Shown: piece by piece, positions 54,932-64,000 of the stretch
How positions within the stretch are numbered: position 1 is the first letter of the stretch
Layout: each line of letters begins with the position of its first letter
IMG/VR virus record: IMGVR_UViG_3300038679_000357
Location: 1 to 64,000 of that record
DNA length: 64,000 nt
Source of the DNA: a virus
Taxonomy: Duplodnaviria > Caudoviricetes
Direction: 5' to 3' (one strand)
Translations under genes and position numbers: made by a program
Notes under the pieces: generated by a model
The model's database searches: none
Seen by the model: the letters and a program-made list of their open reading frames with translations, nothing else
What the model was told of the DNA's origin: nothing

Positions 54932-56064
54932 ACTTTCACCGCTTCCTTCCAAAGACTATCAGCCATGGTCAAGTAAATAGAACGCTCCTCACCTTCCGGA
55001 AAGTCAGCCTCTATGTTCTTATTAATCATTGAGCGAATATCAAGCTGATCAATAGTTTCGACCTTGCCGCTCTGATTTGTCTTTTCATCGTCTCCATACT
55101 TTACGTCCTGCATGTAAATATGCAGTCCGCCCCTCGCCTTGAATTCACGACGAAGATCTCCAGCGCGACGTTTGATTTCAGCATATTCCGTCTTCTCTCC
55201 AGCGAAATCAATCCTTGCAATATAGCCAGTCCAATCCGTACCATCTGTTATTTCTTTCATCGCCTCATCGTATGACGACGAATAAATTTTCTTCATCGGT
55301 CGATATCCGGTGTACAGAACTCGATCAATTTCCATTGTTTCGGTGTTAAATATCGTAAACCCACGTTCCGTAGAAGTGTCAGTCATATTGTGTCGTTCCA
55401 GGCTACCGACATAATACGCAGGAATATCACATTCCAATCGCTGGAATTTGTGAAAATGTCCAAGAAAAGCGACTTGCGCTCCTGTCGCTAAAATATCAGA
55501 AAGGGCGGCATCAGTGCGGCTTGAATGGACATGATAGTCATTAGAAACGCTACCATTCACGGCGAAATGACCAAAAAACACTACAGGTCCAGTCAGTGCC
55601 GTCCGGTCCTGGACTACAGAATTCACAATCTGCGGAAATGTTTTTACTCCACGCTGTACATCTATGGTATGCGGCACATAAATGCATGAATAGGTTGGTG
55701 TAATCTCAACAATTTCTTTATCAACCACCTTAACTAACTTGTTCCATCCTTCGGATGGCATTAAGGCGTGATGATTATCACACGTATCATGATTCCCGAC
55801 CATGATAACAACCTGAATTTTCGCCGCGACCAACTTCTGAACCTGTCTATTAAACAGTCGTTGAACTGTGTTGACTGGAGCGTGGGTATCATAAACGTCT
55901 CCAGCAATGACCGCTCGATCAATCTTTTTTTCAATACACGAATCAACGAAAAATGAAAGGGCTTTCAATGAATCTACAGTTCGAATAGGAAGTCCAGTAT
56001 CCTTGTCCATCACTCCGTACACTGAGTTATTCAAGTGTAAATCGGCTGTAATAGCCATAATCAT
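54928..56064 (-). CDS. sbcD: SbcD/Mre11-like nuclease
   Basis: ADLH, AGDVYD, GNHD, GHF, LGHFH. Confidence 0.9.
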   Translation of the reverse strand: MIMAITADLHLNNSVYGVMDKDTGLPIRTVDSLKALSFFVDSCIEKKIDRAVIAGDVYDTHAPVNTVQRLFNRQVQKLVAAKIQVVIMVGNHDTCDNHHALMPSEGWNKLVKVVDKEIVEITPTYSCIYVPHTIDVQRGVKTFPQIVNSVVQDRTALTGPVVFFGHFAVNGSVSNDYHVHSSRTDAALSDILATGAQVAFLGHFHKFQRLECDIPAYYVGSLERHNMTDTSTERGFTIFNTETMEIDRVLYTGYRPMKKIYSSSYDEAMKEITDGTDWTGYIARIDFAGEKTEYAEIKRRAGDLRREFKARGGLHIYMQDVKYGDDEKTNQSGKVETIDQLDIRSMINKNIEADFPEGEERSIYLTMADSLWKEAVKV

Positions 56065-56145
56065 AATAAGTACCTCTCTCTTGCTCGCATTTTGTTGAAA
56101 TATATAGCTCAAAACAAAACGAACAAGCGTAATTGGACTATTTTG

Positions 56146-57180
56146 TTAACCTATAGGAAGATTGCAAAGGAAGCCAGACTCGCGCTTGGAATCGCAAACA
56201 CCTTCCGAAACAATCGATTCAAACTGCTCCTTAAAGCAAAAATATAACCTAATAACCGAAGAAGGAGTGGGCTTCCACCCAGACAACCCAAGAGAGTCTT
56301 TAGCCAGCGTCTGCTGTATTTCAGCCCCAGCACCAACAGATACATGGGCTGATTTCAGCGATCGAAACGCAGAATGTTGATCCTGAAGAGAGGGGTTATC
56401 ATGCGTCGAGTAACATACGGAATAAACATAAGCATCCGCATCATCACTTCCACTTCCTTTTTCGTAAAACTCATCATGAATATCTACGGAAGGAGAGAAA
56501 ATTACATTACCACCCGTAATCCAAACCTTTGAAAAAGACGTGTTGTAGCGAGGTAAAATTGATTCAAAAAACACAAAACCAAATGCTGGAACAACATTAT
56601 CCCTGCCGATAACAATCGACGCAATATCGCGGCGATCGTCATCTGTGAAAAAGAATTGTCGAACCGAACCATTCGGCTGCCGGAACCCATCCCACCACAT
56701 CGCGCCTGAATCAAACGTAATGTAATTCTGAGGAGTCCACTCATATCCACATTCCTTGCAAAATAAACCATTTACAAATGGCGTTCCATGAACCGGACAG
56801 CATTTCTCATATGATTCAAGATGCGGTCCAGTCATCTTCATCCCAGTAATTGGGTTCATACCCTTAACGGACGGAACAACCGCTGTATTCATCGAGTCGT
56901 TTTCACGCCAATCAAACCAGATCCCCCAATCTGTATCGACTGGGCACACAAAACCGCCTTCCTTTATCCATTCTTTTGGGCACCCAGGGAGACAGTCTAC
57001 GGGAAATACTGGTATCGGAACTCCTGGTGGCAAACAATGAGGAGAGCCGGTATCCGCCAATCTTTCCGCCCGCATAATCGACGCCTTGAATCCAAGATGC
57101 TCCATCGTCGTCGTAGCTGCGCGAATTAAAGACGGAGTAGAAAGTGAATAGAACGATTCCATATCAGTCATTCTATACAT
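56146..57180 (-). CDS. hypothetical protein
   Basis: ~345 aa, CPVH/CKEC. Confidence 0.7.
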   Translation of the reverse strand: MYRMTDMESFYSLSTPSLIRAATTTMEHLGFKASIMRAERLADTGSPHCLPPGVPIPVFPVDCLPGCPKEWIKEGGFVCPVDTDWGIWFDWRENDSMNTAVVPSVKGMNPITGMKMTGPHLESYEKCCPVHGTPFVNGLFCKECGYEWTPQNYITFDSGAMWWDGFRQPNGSVRQFFFTDDDRRDIASIVIGRDNVVPAFGFVFFESILPRYNTSFSKVWITGGNVIFSPSVDIHDEFYEKGSGSDDADAYVYSVCYSTHDNPSLQDQHSAFRSLKSAHVSVGAGAEIQQTLAKDSLGLSGWKPTPSSVIRLYFCFKEQFESIVSEGVCDSKRESGFLCNLPIG

Positions 57181-57181
57181 G

Positions 57182-58183
57182 TTAAAAACTCCTATTTCCA
57201 CGCTCACGACGGACATCAATGGGGTCACTCTTTTTAACCCCATCACTGGCACGAATCTTCAATTGCGGAAGGAGGCTGAAAAGAACAAGATCGTTATACA
57301 TCTCTTGTATCTCTGGATACTCACGGGCAAGATCATCCAAACCGCGTCGAGCCAATTCAATGATGGCAGTTACTTCGCTCCTTTTTTCGAATGTATACCC
57401 AGCTTTTACCACAAGTGCAATAAACTGTCGCGCATTCAATTCTACATTCTCCCAACTCTCACGACAGCAATCACAATACGATTCATACAGAGAGACATTA
57501 TTGTGAATAGGGCACAACTCCATATGTGCGGACGGAAATTCCCCAGCACGATATAATTTCAAAACATTTTTTTCCACCTTGAAATTAGCTGGCGGATGAA
57601 TACCGCGCCTGGCGCTACGGAGAAATCCAAGAGTGCGATCAATATTCACGGAAGTGCCATCTCTGTCATTGAAAAGAATAAACGCCATGCCGTGAGCGCG
57701 TTTTTCCAGCTCATCAACAATCTCCTGTTGACAATTCGCCCCATATTCACTTACAAGATCTTCATCTTTCCATTGTCCAACTGGACGAGATTCCGACACA
57801 CACTCAAGCCTGGCTGGAGGAGGAGGAATAACGAGTTTCTCAAACGCCTCCATAACCCTGACGGACATACCCTTGAATTCAGTAGGAACAATTTCAGAAA
57901 ATTTTCCATAGCACAAAAAACGATCCATGCCAGCTACATCATCATCAGAGGAAATACCTAAAGTTGACAACTCCTTAGCAATAGCCGTCATACAGGCATG
58001 CTTGGATATTTCTTTATTGGGGGAGTTTACATTGCGGAAAAGAACTTCAACAGCAGCATTAATACGGGAATTAAGCACGGTAGAATTTGACATGTGAATG
58101 CCCTCAATAGCCTTTTTCTCGGCTTGTTTTGTCGGCTTTCTCACGGCACCACGCCGAGATTTCGCACGACTTTTAGCCTCCAT
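57182..58183 (-). CDS. hypothetical protein
   Basis: 333 aa ORF. Confidence 0.7.
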   Translation of the reverse strand: MEAKSRAKSRRGAVRKPTKQAEKKAIEGIHMSNSTVLNSRINAAVEVLFRNVNSPNKEISKHACMTAIAKELSTLGISSDDDVAGMDRFLCYGKFSEIVPTEFKGMSVRVMEAFEKLVIPPPPARLECVSESRPVGQWKDEDLVSEYGANCQQEIVDELEKRAHGMAFILFNDRDGTSVNIDRTLGFLRSARRGIHPPANFKVEKNVLKLYRAGEFPSAHMELCPIHNNVSLYESYCDCCRESWENVELNARQFIALVVKAGYTFEKRSEVTAIIELARRGLDDLAREYPEIQEMYNDLVLFSLLPQLKIRASDGVKKSDPIDVRRERGNRSF

Positions 58184-58223
58184 GATGGAGGTTACAGCAA
58201 TATAGGATCAAAAATTAAGTTTT

Positions 58224-58874
58224 TCAACCACCAACAAAAACATAAAAACTAATTCCTGTCCGCTTCTCTCCGTTCATTTCTGTTTCAATGAAAAGTGGAG
58301 TGCAATATAAATCCTTCCCATGGACTGCGACAAATCCTCGCGCCACAGCAAGTGCCTTAACAGCTTTTCCTATCGAAAGACTTCCAAAACACCTAACCTG
58401 CACTTCACCATGTTCGCGAAGCGCGTTTGCAATCGATCCGGCAAGCTTTCTCATTGCATCTCGCCTATTTTCGCTAGATACATCCTCTCCATCCGCCTTA
58501 ACCCGCAACTGCTTTGTCGATTCAAGTTTTTCCGCCGCATTAAGTTTACCTTCTTCGGCAAAAGTAGAAAAACTCAATCCAGTTTTCACGCCGTCGTCCA
58601 TTTCTGTATCGATAAAGGCGGGGGCGCAATACAAGGAAAGATTATGTTCAAGCATAAATTCCCTGGCAATTGCAAGAGATTTAGCTCCTTTTCCAACCGC
58701 AGAATTACCAAAACACCGAACGGATATTTCACCATTATTACGTAAGGCGTGAACAATAGCTCCAGCTAAATTCCTGGCTGACCGACGCCGATCGTCTCCG
58801 GAAACTCCCTCTGGATCTGCCTTAACCCTGATAATGCTACTATCTTGATTGCCACTATAAGTCATCCGACACAT
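58224..58874 (-). CDS. tandem SpoVS-domain protein
   Basis: Two repeats LAG.I..ALR..VRCFG..GK..K.LA.AR.F..LYC.P.FI. Confidence 0.75.
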   Translation of the reverse strand: MCRMTYSGNQDSSIIRVKADPEGVSGDDRRRSARNLAGAIVHALRNNGEISVRCFGNSAVGKGAKSLAIAREFMLEHNLSLYCAPAFIDTEMDDGVKTGLSFSTFAEEGKLNAAEKLESTKQLRVKADGEDVSSENRRDAMRKLAGSIANALREHGEVQVRCFGSLSIGKAVKALAVARGFVAVHGKDLYCTPLFIETEMNGEKRTGISFYVFVGG

Positions 58875-58920
58875 CCTTTCGATTGTTAATTAGATGTGAA
58901 GGATTATACAACGCAAACAA

Positions 58921-59661
58921 TTACATCGGCACAACAGCAGATGCGACGAAACGTAAATAATCAATGCATTTTTTAGAACTTACGACAACAGAGTAATTTA
59001 CATAATCTCCATCGCATCTTTTACCGATAAGTGAATACGCATTACTGGGGAGTCCAACGTCTTTTTTTATTGCATCTTCAGGGGATTGACCAGACAACTT
59101 CACACTGCCGCTATATTCACGTCGCCGACTCATAGATGAGGAGCCATTCATCAAATCAGTAAAGAAATCAACGAGTATCCAACTACGTGAAGCAAGATAA
59201 TTTGTAACTGCCCGAACATCTACATTATTCATCCAGACGTCAGACTCGTCAGGAATAACGTCATGATACGTCATTCCTTCTCCATCTCCATCAACATCAT
59301 CATCCATTCTTACGAATACAGACTCTGGGTTCATCTCACTCTCCATCGTAGTACGTTTCTTTCGATTCTTTCCCTTCAACATGTTGGCAACGTGGTTAAT
59401 TACAGCCGTATAAAAATACGTATTGAACGACTTATGACTTTTTTGCCCTTTTCCATTATTGGCATACTGCAAAACAGACTTCATGAAAACGCACTTAAAT
59501 TCAGAATCCATATCCTCTGCAACGAAATGGTATTTTGACGCTAAGAATCTTATAGTTGGGACCCGGTTGGTGAACACTTCGTTCAAAATGTCCGGATCTC
59601 CAGTCTGTTGATACTCAATGACTAGCTCACTCTCTCTCTTCCGATCGATGCCGAATTTCAT
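58921..59661 (-). CDS. sigma70-like transcription factor (region 2)
   Basis: YQQTGD, KSFNTYFYTAVINH. Confidence 0.6.
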   Translation of the reverse strand: MKFGIDRKRESELVIEYQQTGDPDILNEVFTNRVPTIRFLASKYHFVAEDMDSEFKCVFMKSVLQYANNGKGQKSHKSFNTYFYTAVINHVANMLKGKNRKKRTTMESEMNPESVFVRMDDDVDGDGEGMTYHDVIPDESDVWMNNVDVRAVTNYLASRSWILVDFFTDLMNGSSSMSRRREYSGSVKLSGQSPEDAIKKDVGLPSNAYSLIGKRCDGDYVNYSVVVSSKKCIDYLRFVASAVVPM

Positions 59662-60226
59662 CTCGTTCACTATCAGCCTCTCTTGCCATGTATTCAATAC
59701 ACATATCGCTGAACCGGCAACCATGGCAATGTTTACCGATTACGGCTTTTTTCTCCCCGCTTGAAATAGATATTAACATGGTTTCTCTCGCCAATCTAAG
59801 TATCTCTCTCAGGATCGCATAACCTTCCTTCACCTGTGGAGATACTGAAAGACAACTTGTAATCCCGCCATCATCACGAACGTGTATCATAACAGCATTC
59901 CAAATTCCAGACAGATACATGCACGCAATTGTTTCCTGTTCATCGATATGGAGATTCCCTCCGTCTCGGAAAAATTTGACAATTGATTTTTCTCCAGCAT
60001 ATGAAATGACTGCATCGATTAGCACCGTAATATAGTCATTATCGTCAGAAAGAACGATGGTTGCGGTAGATATAGAAAAATTAGTATCCAACAATCGGCT
60101 CTTATACTGAAGTTTCCACTCTTCCTCCTCTTTTCTCACCTCCACGCCACGTGAAAGACATGCTCTTTTTTGGCACGTCAACAAATCGCCGACCTGTGGA
60201 TGAGGGAGAATAATGACTTTTTCCAT
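59627..60226 (-). CDS. Cas4-like/PD-(D/E)XK-related protein, degenerate
   Basis: N-terminal TCQKR and C-terminal HCHGCRFSDMC. Confidence 0.45.
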   Translation of the reverse strand: MEKVIILPHPQVGDLLTCQKRACLSRGVEVRKEEEEWKLQYKSRLLDTNFSISTATIVLSDDNDYITVLIDAVISYAGEKSIVKFFRDGGNLHIDEQETIACMYLSGIWNAVMIHVRDDGGITSCLSVSPQVKEGYAILREILRLARETMLISISSGEKKAVIGKHCHGCRFSDMCIEYMAREADSERDEIRHRSEERE

Positions 60227-60260
60227 GAAGGCTTTTTCGACTTCTATGGAAAAGGCACTC

Positions 60261-61070
60261 TTACGAGAATAAGAAGGAACCGACTCCACTATCACTCTCT
60301 TTCTTTATGTTCCTCTCCATTGAGAGGAATTCCTGCAGGCTATGATCCATAACAAACTCATCAGGATCATACGCCGTACCATCACCCTTCAATGGAAGGA
60401 CGATTGCAGAAAGTTTATCAAACTCACCGGATACATTAAATGTTTCCACTAATCTCTTTAATCCTGACTGACCGCCGCCTTCTTTGCCATTTTTCATTGG
60501 ATCAGTATCAAAACATACGCACAACCTATTACAATACCTCAATATTACTCCAGCTTGCATATGAGTCAAGGTAATTCCCATGATTGACACAGAATTTTTT
60601 AACCCAGCTTGAAATAAGTACATTCGATCAACATACCCCTCAAAAAGATACACTTTATTTCGATGAAATACTTCATTTCTGGCAGAATCCATCCCATAAA
60701 TATAAGCTTCTTTCCTAAAAGGGGTATTCCACCACCCTTTTTCTTTAGCTACAATTGACCTGGTTGCCACCGCAACAATCTCGCCAGAGTCATCCCTTAT
60801 TGGAACAATCATCTTATTTAACATTTTATCAGCAAGATAATCCGCACCAAATCCCCATGCATCTTCTGGCTCCGGCATATTTGCGACAAAATCACGAAAC
60901 GTGGTTAAGTCGCAATAACCAAGTTTCTCGATTTTTACAATGTCTACGGACAACCCGCGTTCAACCGTAATATAGTTGAACGCGGGTTTACATGTGCGTA
61001 GAGACTCGTGAGAATTACTGACCAGGGTCTTCAAGCAACCCTTGATCATCTGGCGTAGATCCTTCTGCAT
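60261..61070 (-). CDS. DNA primase catalytic/Toprim domain
   Basis: IVPIRD, EGYVD, CFDTD, DPDE. Confidence 0.85.
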   Translation of the reverse strand: MQKDLRQMIKGCLKTLVSNSHESLRTCKPAFNYITVERGLSVDIVKIEKLGYCDLTTFRDFVANMPEPEDAWGFGADYLADKMLNKMIVPIRDDSGEIVAVATRSIVAKEKGWWNTPFRKEAYIYGMDSARNEVFHRNKVYLFEGYVDRMYLFQAGLKNSVSIMGITLTHMQAGVILRYCNRLCVCFDTDPMKNGKEGGGQSGLKRLVETFNVSGEFDKLSAIVLPLKGDGTAYDPDEFVMDHSLQEFLSMERNIKKESDSGVGSFLFS

Positions 61071-62157
61071 TACTGTCTTCCACGATGTTTTCTACACTAT
61101 CTGGCACTGCGTCTTTCTGGACCGGAGAAACGACTTTCTCTCCCTTCACCTTAGCAAGTAACGCCTTTTCGATACTGGCGTACAACTTTGGATCATTTCG
61201 GATAGTGTCTTTTGTTTGGTCTCTTCCCTGTCCAAGCTGATCGCTTCCATAAGAGAACCAAGCACCTCTCTTCTCAACAATTTCATTCTCAATCGCCATA
61301 TCGATAATATTGCCAGCTTTATCGATGCCGTTCGGAAATATGATGTCGAATTCAGCGATACGGAACGGTGCAGCCAATTTGTTTTTGACGATCTTGATCC
61401 TTGTATGGAATCCGGTTGGACGATCCTTCTCTCCAAGAGCCTCTTTTCTCCTGATATCCATGCGAATTGACGCATAAAACTTCAGGGCGTTACCGCCTGT
61501 GGTTGTCTCAGGATTACCAAACATAACGCCGATTTTTTCGCGGATCTGGTTGGTGAAAATCAAACATGTACTAGATTGAGCCACCGCGCTGGTCAATTTC
61601 CTTAGCGCCTGGGACATGAGACGGGCGTGTAAGCCAACATGACTATCGCCCATTGAACCTTCGATTTCAGCACGAGGAACGAGAGCGGCAACGGAATCTA
61701 CAACGACAACGGAAAAAACACCGGAACGAACCATCATTTCAACGATATTTAATGCATCTTCGCCACAATCTGGTTGAGAAACGACAAGTCGATTTATATC
61801 AACGCCAATAAATGTTGCATACTGCGGGTCAAGAGCATGTTCTGTATCAACGATAGCGCACCTTCCGCCAGCAGCTTGCGCACGCTCAATCACTGTAAGA
61901 CATACGGTGGTTTTGCCGCTTGACTCAGGTCCATATATCTCAACAACACGACCACGTGGGAATCCGCCTACCCCCAACGCCATGTCAAGAGAAAAAACAC
62001 CAGTTGGAATCGAAGAGCAGCTTACCGCCCCCTTGGAACCAAGGGACATAACTGACCCTTTCCCAAATTCTTTCTCAATTTGAGACATTACTGCTTGATA
62101 CTTGGCGTCTTCTGGAGACAACTCTTCAGACTTCTTTTGATCTTTTTTCGCTGCCAT
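61015..62157 (-). CDS. recA: RecA recombinase
   Basis: [31 protein letters not shown]. Confidence 0.98.
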   Translation of the reverse strand: MAAKKDQKKSEELSPEDAKYQAVMSQIEKEFGKGSVMSLGSKGAVSCSSIPTGVFSLDMALGVGGFPRGRVVEIYGPESSGKTTVCLTVIERAQAAGGRCAIVDTEHALDPQYATFIGVDINRLVVSQPDCGEDALNIVEMMVRSGVFSVVVVDSVAALVPRAEIEGSMGDSHVGLHARLMSQALRKLTSAVAQSSTCLIFTNQIREKIGVMFGNPETTTGGNALKFYASIRMDIRRKEALGEKDRPTGFHTRIKIVKNKLAAPFRIAEFDIIFPNGIDKAGNIIDMAIENEIVEKRGAWFSYGSDQLGQGRDQTKDTIRNDPKLYASIEKALLAKVKGEKVVSPVQKDAVPDSVENIVEDSNAEGSTPDDQGLLEDPGQ

Positions 62158-62224
62158 ACAATCTCCTCGTGAGTAAAAAAAAACATGGGGCGTGTTTTCA
62201 CGCCCCATTTTGGATCACTACAAG

Positions 62225-63061
62225 CTAAAACAATGTCTTAGCCGATCCAGATTCATCGCCCTCGTCGTCATCAAGAGCTTTTCCATATTCACTCTCGGTG
62301 GCATGATCAGTTGTTTCCTCATCAAACTTCACGCCACCAGTTGTGCTGGTGCTTGCTCCGGAAGAGGAGGTGCCGTTAGCGGCAGCGACTCGGCTTGCCT
62401 TACGTGCCTTATACCAATCTCCAGAGCCAGGAATAATCTTGCTCTCAGGATCTTTAAGGTAAGCTTCGTAAAGTTCGGCGATCTCTTCGGGAGACTTCGG
62501 CTGACGAAGAACGCTGAGTGGGTTCTCCTGAATAAACTTTTCAACCCTTTCCCTTTCTTCCTTGGTCAAAGGAGTAACTTCGGCGGGAAGAAGAGTATAG
62601 CGCGTTTGCAGTTTGCCAGCTTCGCCCTTCGTAACTTTACACTGAAGAACCCAGTCGCACCCATTATCATAATCACGGGGCATCGTTCCGCCATGCATTT
62701 CCATCCACGTCATCATAGTGTCGAGATGAGTCTTGTTAAAATCCCAGGCATTGAGAATGCCATCAGCACGGTTGATAACATAGACGGTATACGATTTCTT
62801 TGGCTTGAATCCACCTTCGCGCCAGCAGATATCATTGTCCTTTCCGGGGCTGATTGCTTGAATCGGCGAGAAATAACGCCAGAATTCAATCATTTTGGAG
62901 ACAATCCGGAAACGAACAGACTGATTTTGAGCTGGCTTGATATATGGGACGCTCAAGAAGCGCCTACCGCCTTCACCGGCGTCACGCTTCTTTTGGCGAT
63001 CAACAACAACATCCCAGTCAACCTCTCCTCCGATCGGAGGACGCTTTGCAGTATCTGACAT
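62225..63061 (-). CDS. putative ssDNA-binding protein
   Basis: Aromatic-rich core, acidic tail DDDEGDE..LF, next to recA. Confidence 0.55.
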   Translation of the reverse strand: MSDTAKRPPIGGEVDWDVVVDRQKKRDAGEGGRRFLSVPYIKPAQNQSVRFRIVSKMIEFWRYFSPIQAISPGKDNDICWREGGFKPKKSYTVYVINRADGILNAWDFNKTHLDTMMTWMEMHGGTMPRDYDNGCDWVLQCKVTKGEAGKLQTRYTLLPAEVTPLTKEERERVEKFIQENPLSVLRQPKSPEEIAELYEAYLKDPESKIIPGSGDWYKARKASRVAAANGTSSSGASTSTTGGVKFDEETTDHATESEYGKALDDDEGDESGSAKTLF

Positions 63062-63210
63062 AACACTACCTCTCTTTCTTTCTTTTAATCCGCAGTTCTC
63101 GCGTAAGAATACACTATGCGGGTTTTTCTGCACCGCGACACCATATCGCAGCGCCTCACAATTAAAGATACCGTCGAAGAATTCTCATTCAATTGAAAAT
63201 GAATGAAAAA

Positions 63211-63804
63211 TTAAAAGATTTCTCTTGCTGGAGTATTTTCATCATTTGATGAATCACTATTCTCAAAAAGCTCATCCATTCGTCCCTTTCGCACTTGTGA
63301 TGAAGAATCGGGGGAAGTTGAAAATCGATGTGATCCACCAAAATTATTCATGAGCAACTGCATACAAGTAACAACTCGCGACAACGACTCATGACGACTA
63401 TCAAGATTTTTCATTTTGCTAATGCAATACTTATAAAAAGCTTCCGATCTCGCTTTAGCGAAGTGATAATCAGAAGCCAACATTGCAGCTTCTCCCTTAC
63501 GTTTATCGGCGCTAGACTGCGTTGCAGCAGCGGCAGCGGCATTAATCATCATATCGCTAATTTGATCGACAAGAGCGTACTCAGACTGAGCGTCCGCCGC
63601 GATCTCAGAAACGCGATCCTTCACTGCTTGAACTCTTGCGATCATTGCAGCGGCATCAGTAACGCTTAACGACACTGTTTGCGATCCAAGTCCTGCCTGC
63701 AGGAGGTCAATCTCCTTTTTCATGGCGGCAATATCTTCGTCGGTCTTACAACCTGAAAGAACAATATTCGCCCTAGACTTCAAAGAATCAAAAGTCGTAG
63801 CCAT
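63211..63804 (-). CDS. helical hypothetical protein (possibly UvsY-like)
   Basis: 197 aa; context only. Confidence 0.55.
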   Translation of the reverse strand: MATTFDSLKSRANIVLSGCKTDEDIAAMKKEIDLLQAGLGSQTVSLSVTDAAAMIARVQAVKDRVSEIAADAQSEYALVDQISDMMINAAAAAATQSSADKRKGEAAMLASDYHFAKARSEAFYKYCISKMKNLDSRHESLSRVVTCMQLLMNNFGGSHRFSTSPDSSSQVRKGRMDELFENSDSSNDENTPAREIF

Positions 63805-63813
63805 ATAACACCA

Positions 63814-63999
63814 TTAAGTCAAAGACAATGTAATCCCGTCGTCCGAGGCAGTTAAAGTGGTCTTTTCTTCTGTCGGAGCGCTTCCTTCAACGTAAATGGC
63901 GGTATATTCTCTGTCGTTAACCTGGACGATTTTATCGAGAATCAAGTCAACGGTCTTTCCGTCTACAATCATCTTAAACGAAAATGAGTGAAGACTCTT
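63814..63999 (-). CDS. partial hypothetical protein
   Basis: Open frame running off the window end. Confidence 0.5.
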   Translation of the reverse strand, partial: KSLHSFSFKMIVDGKTVDLILDKIVQVNDREYTAIYVEGSAPTEEKTTLTASDDGITLSLT

Positions 64000-64000
64000 C

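Noticed and set aside
1-64000. Genome-wide TAG-to-Gln reassignment (code 15)
   Set aside because: Long genes, including the lysozyme, are intact in code 11, and some TAGs behave as real stops (20128, 62225). Only conditional suppression is supported in this window.
1-64000. rRNA genes or a bacterial chromosome origin for this window
   Set aside because: No rRNA signatures; gene content, density and encoded-CCA tRNA arrays with homing endonucleases fit a large phage, although no capsid or terminase gene is in the window.

Overview
64 kb of a large (jumbo-type) dsDNA phage genome, mostly on the minus strand. A prenyltransferase-repeat gene hints at a PVC-superphylum host. About 2.2-36.3 kb is a tRNA island with 46 recognisable tRNAs covering all 20 amino acids, one amber (CUA) suppressor, about 8 aberrant tRNA-shaped RNAs, several other structured ncRNAs and 7 free-standing endonuclease ORFs. 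About 36.8-64 kb is a replication, recombination and nucleotide-metabolism block (dNMP kinase, DEDDh exonuclease, PhoH, DnaJ, RecJ, lysozyme, SbcCD, sigma-like factor, primase, RecA, putative SSB). Main result: three minus-strand tRNA arrays are each preceded by the same architecture, namely an identical TTGATA-N17-TATATT promoter, a Shine-Dalgarno, a short leader peptide whose codons match the tRNAs encoded downstream, and alternative 1:2 / 2:3 / 3:4 hairpins ending in a terminator. These look like ribosome-stalling attenuators that switch phage tRNA genes on when those tRNAs are depleted. Second result: the only plus-strand tRNA is an amber suppressor, lying upstream of a Pth2-like peptidyl-tRNA hydrolase gene that carries an in-frame TAG. 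All calls come from manual motif and structure reading; no database search or folding program was run, and coordinates may be off by a few nt.
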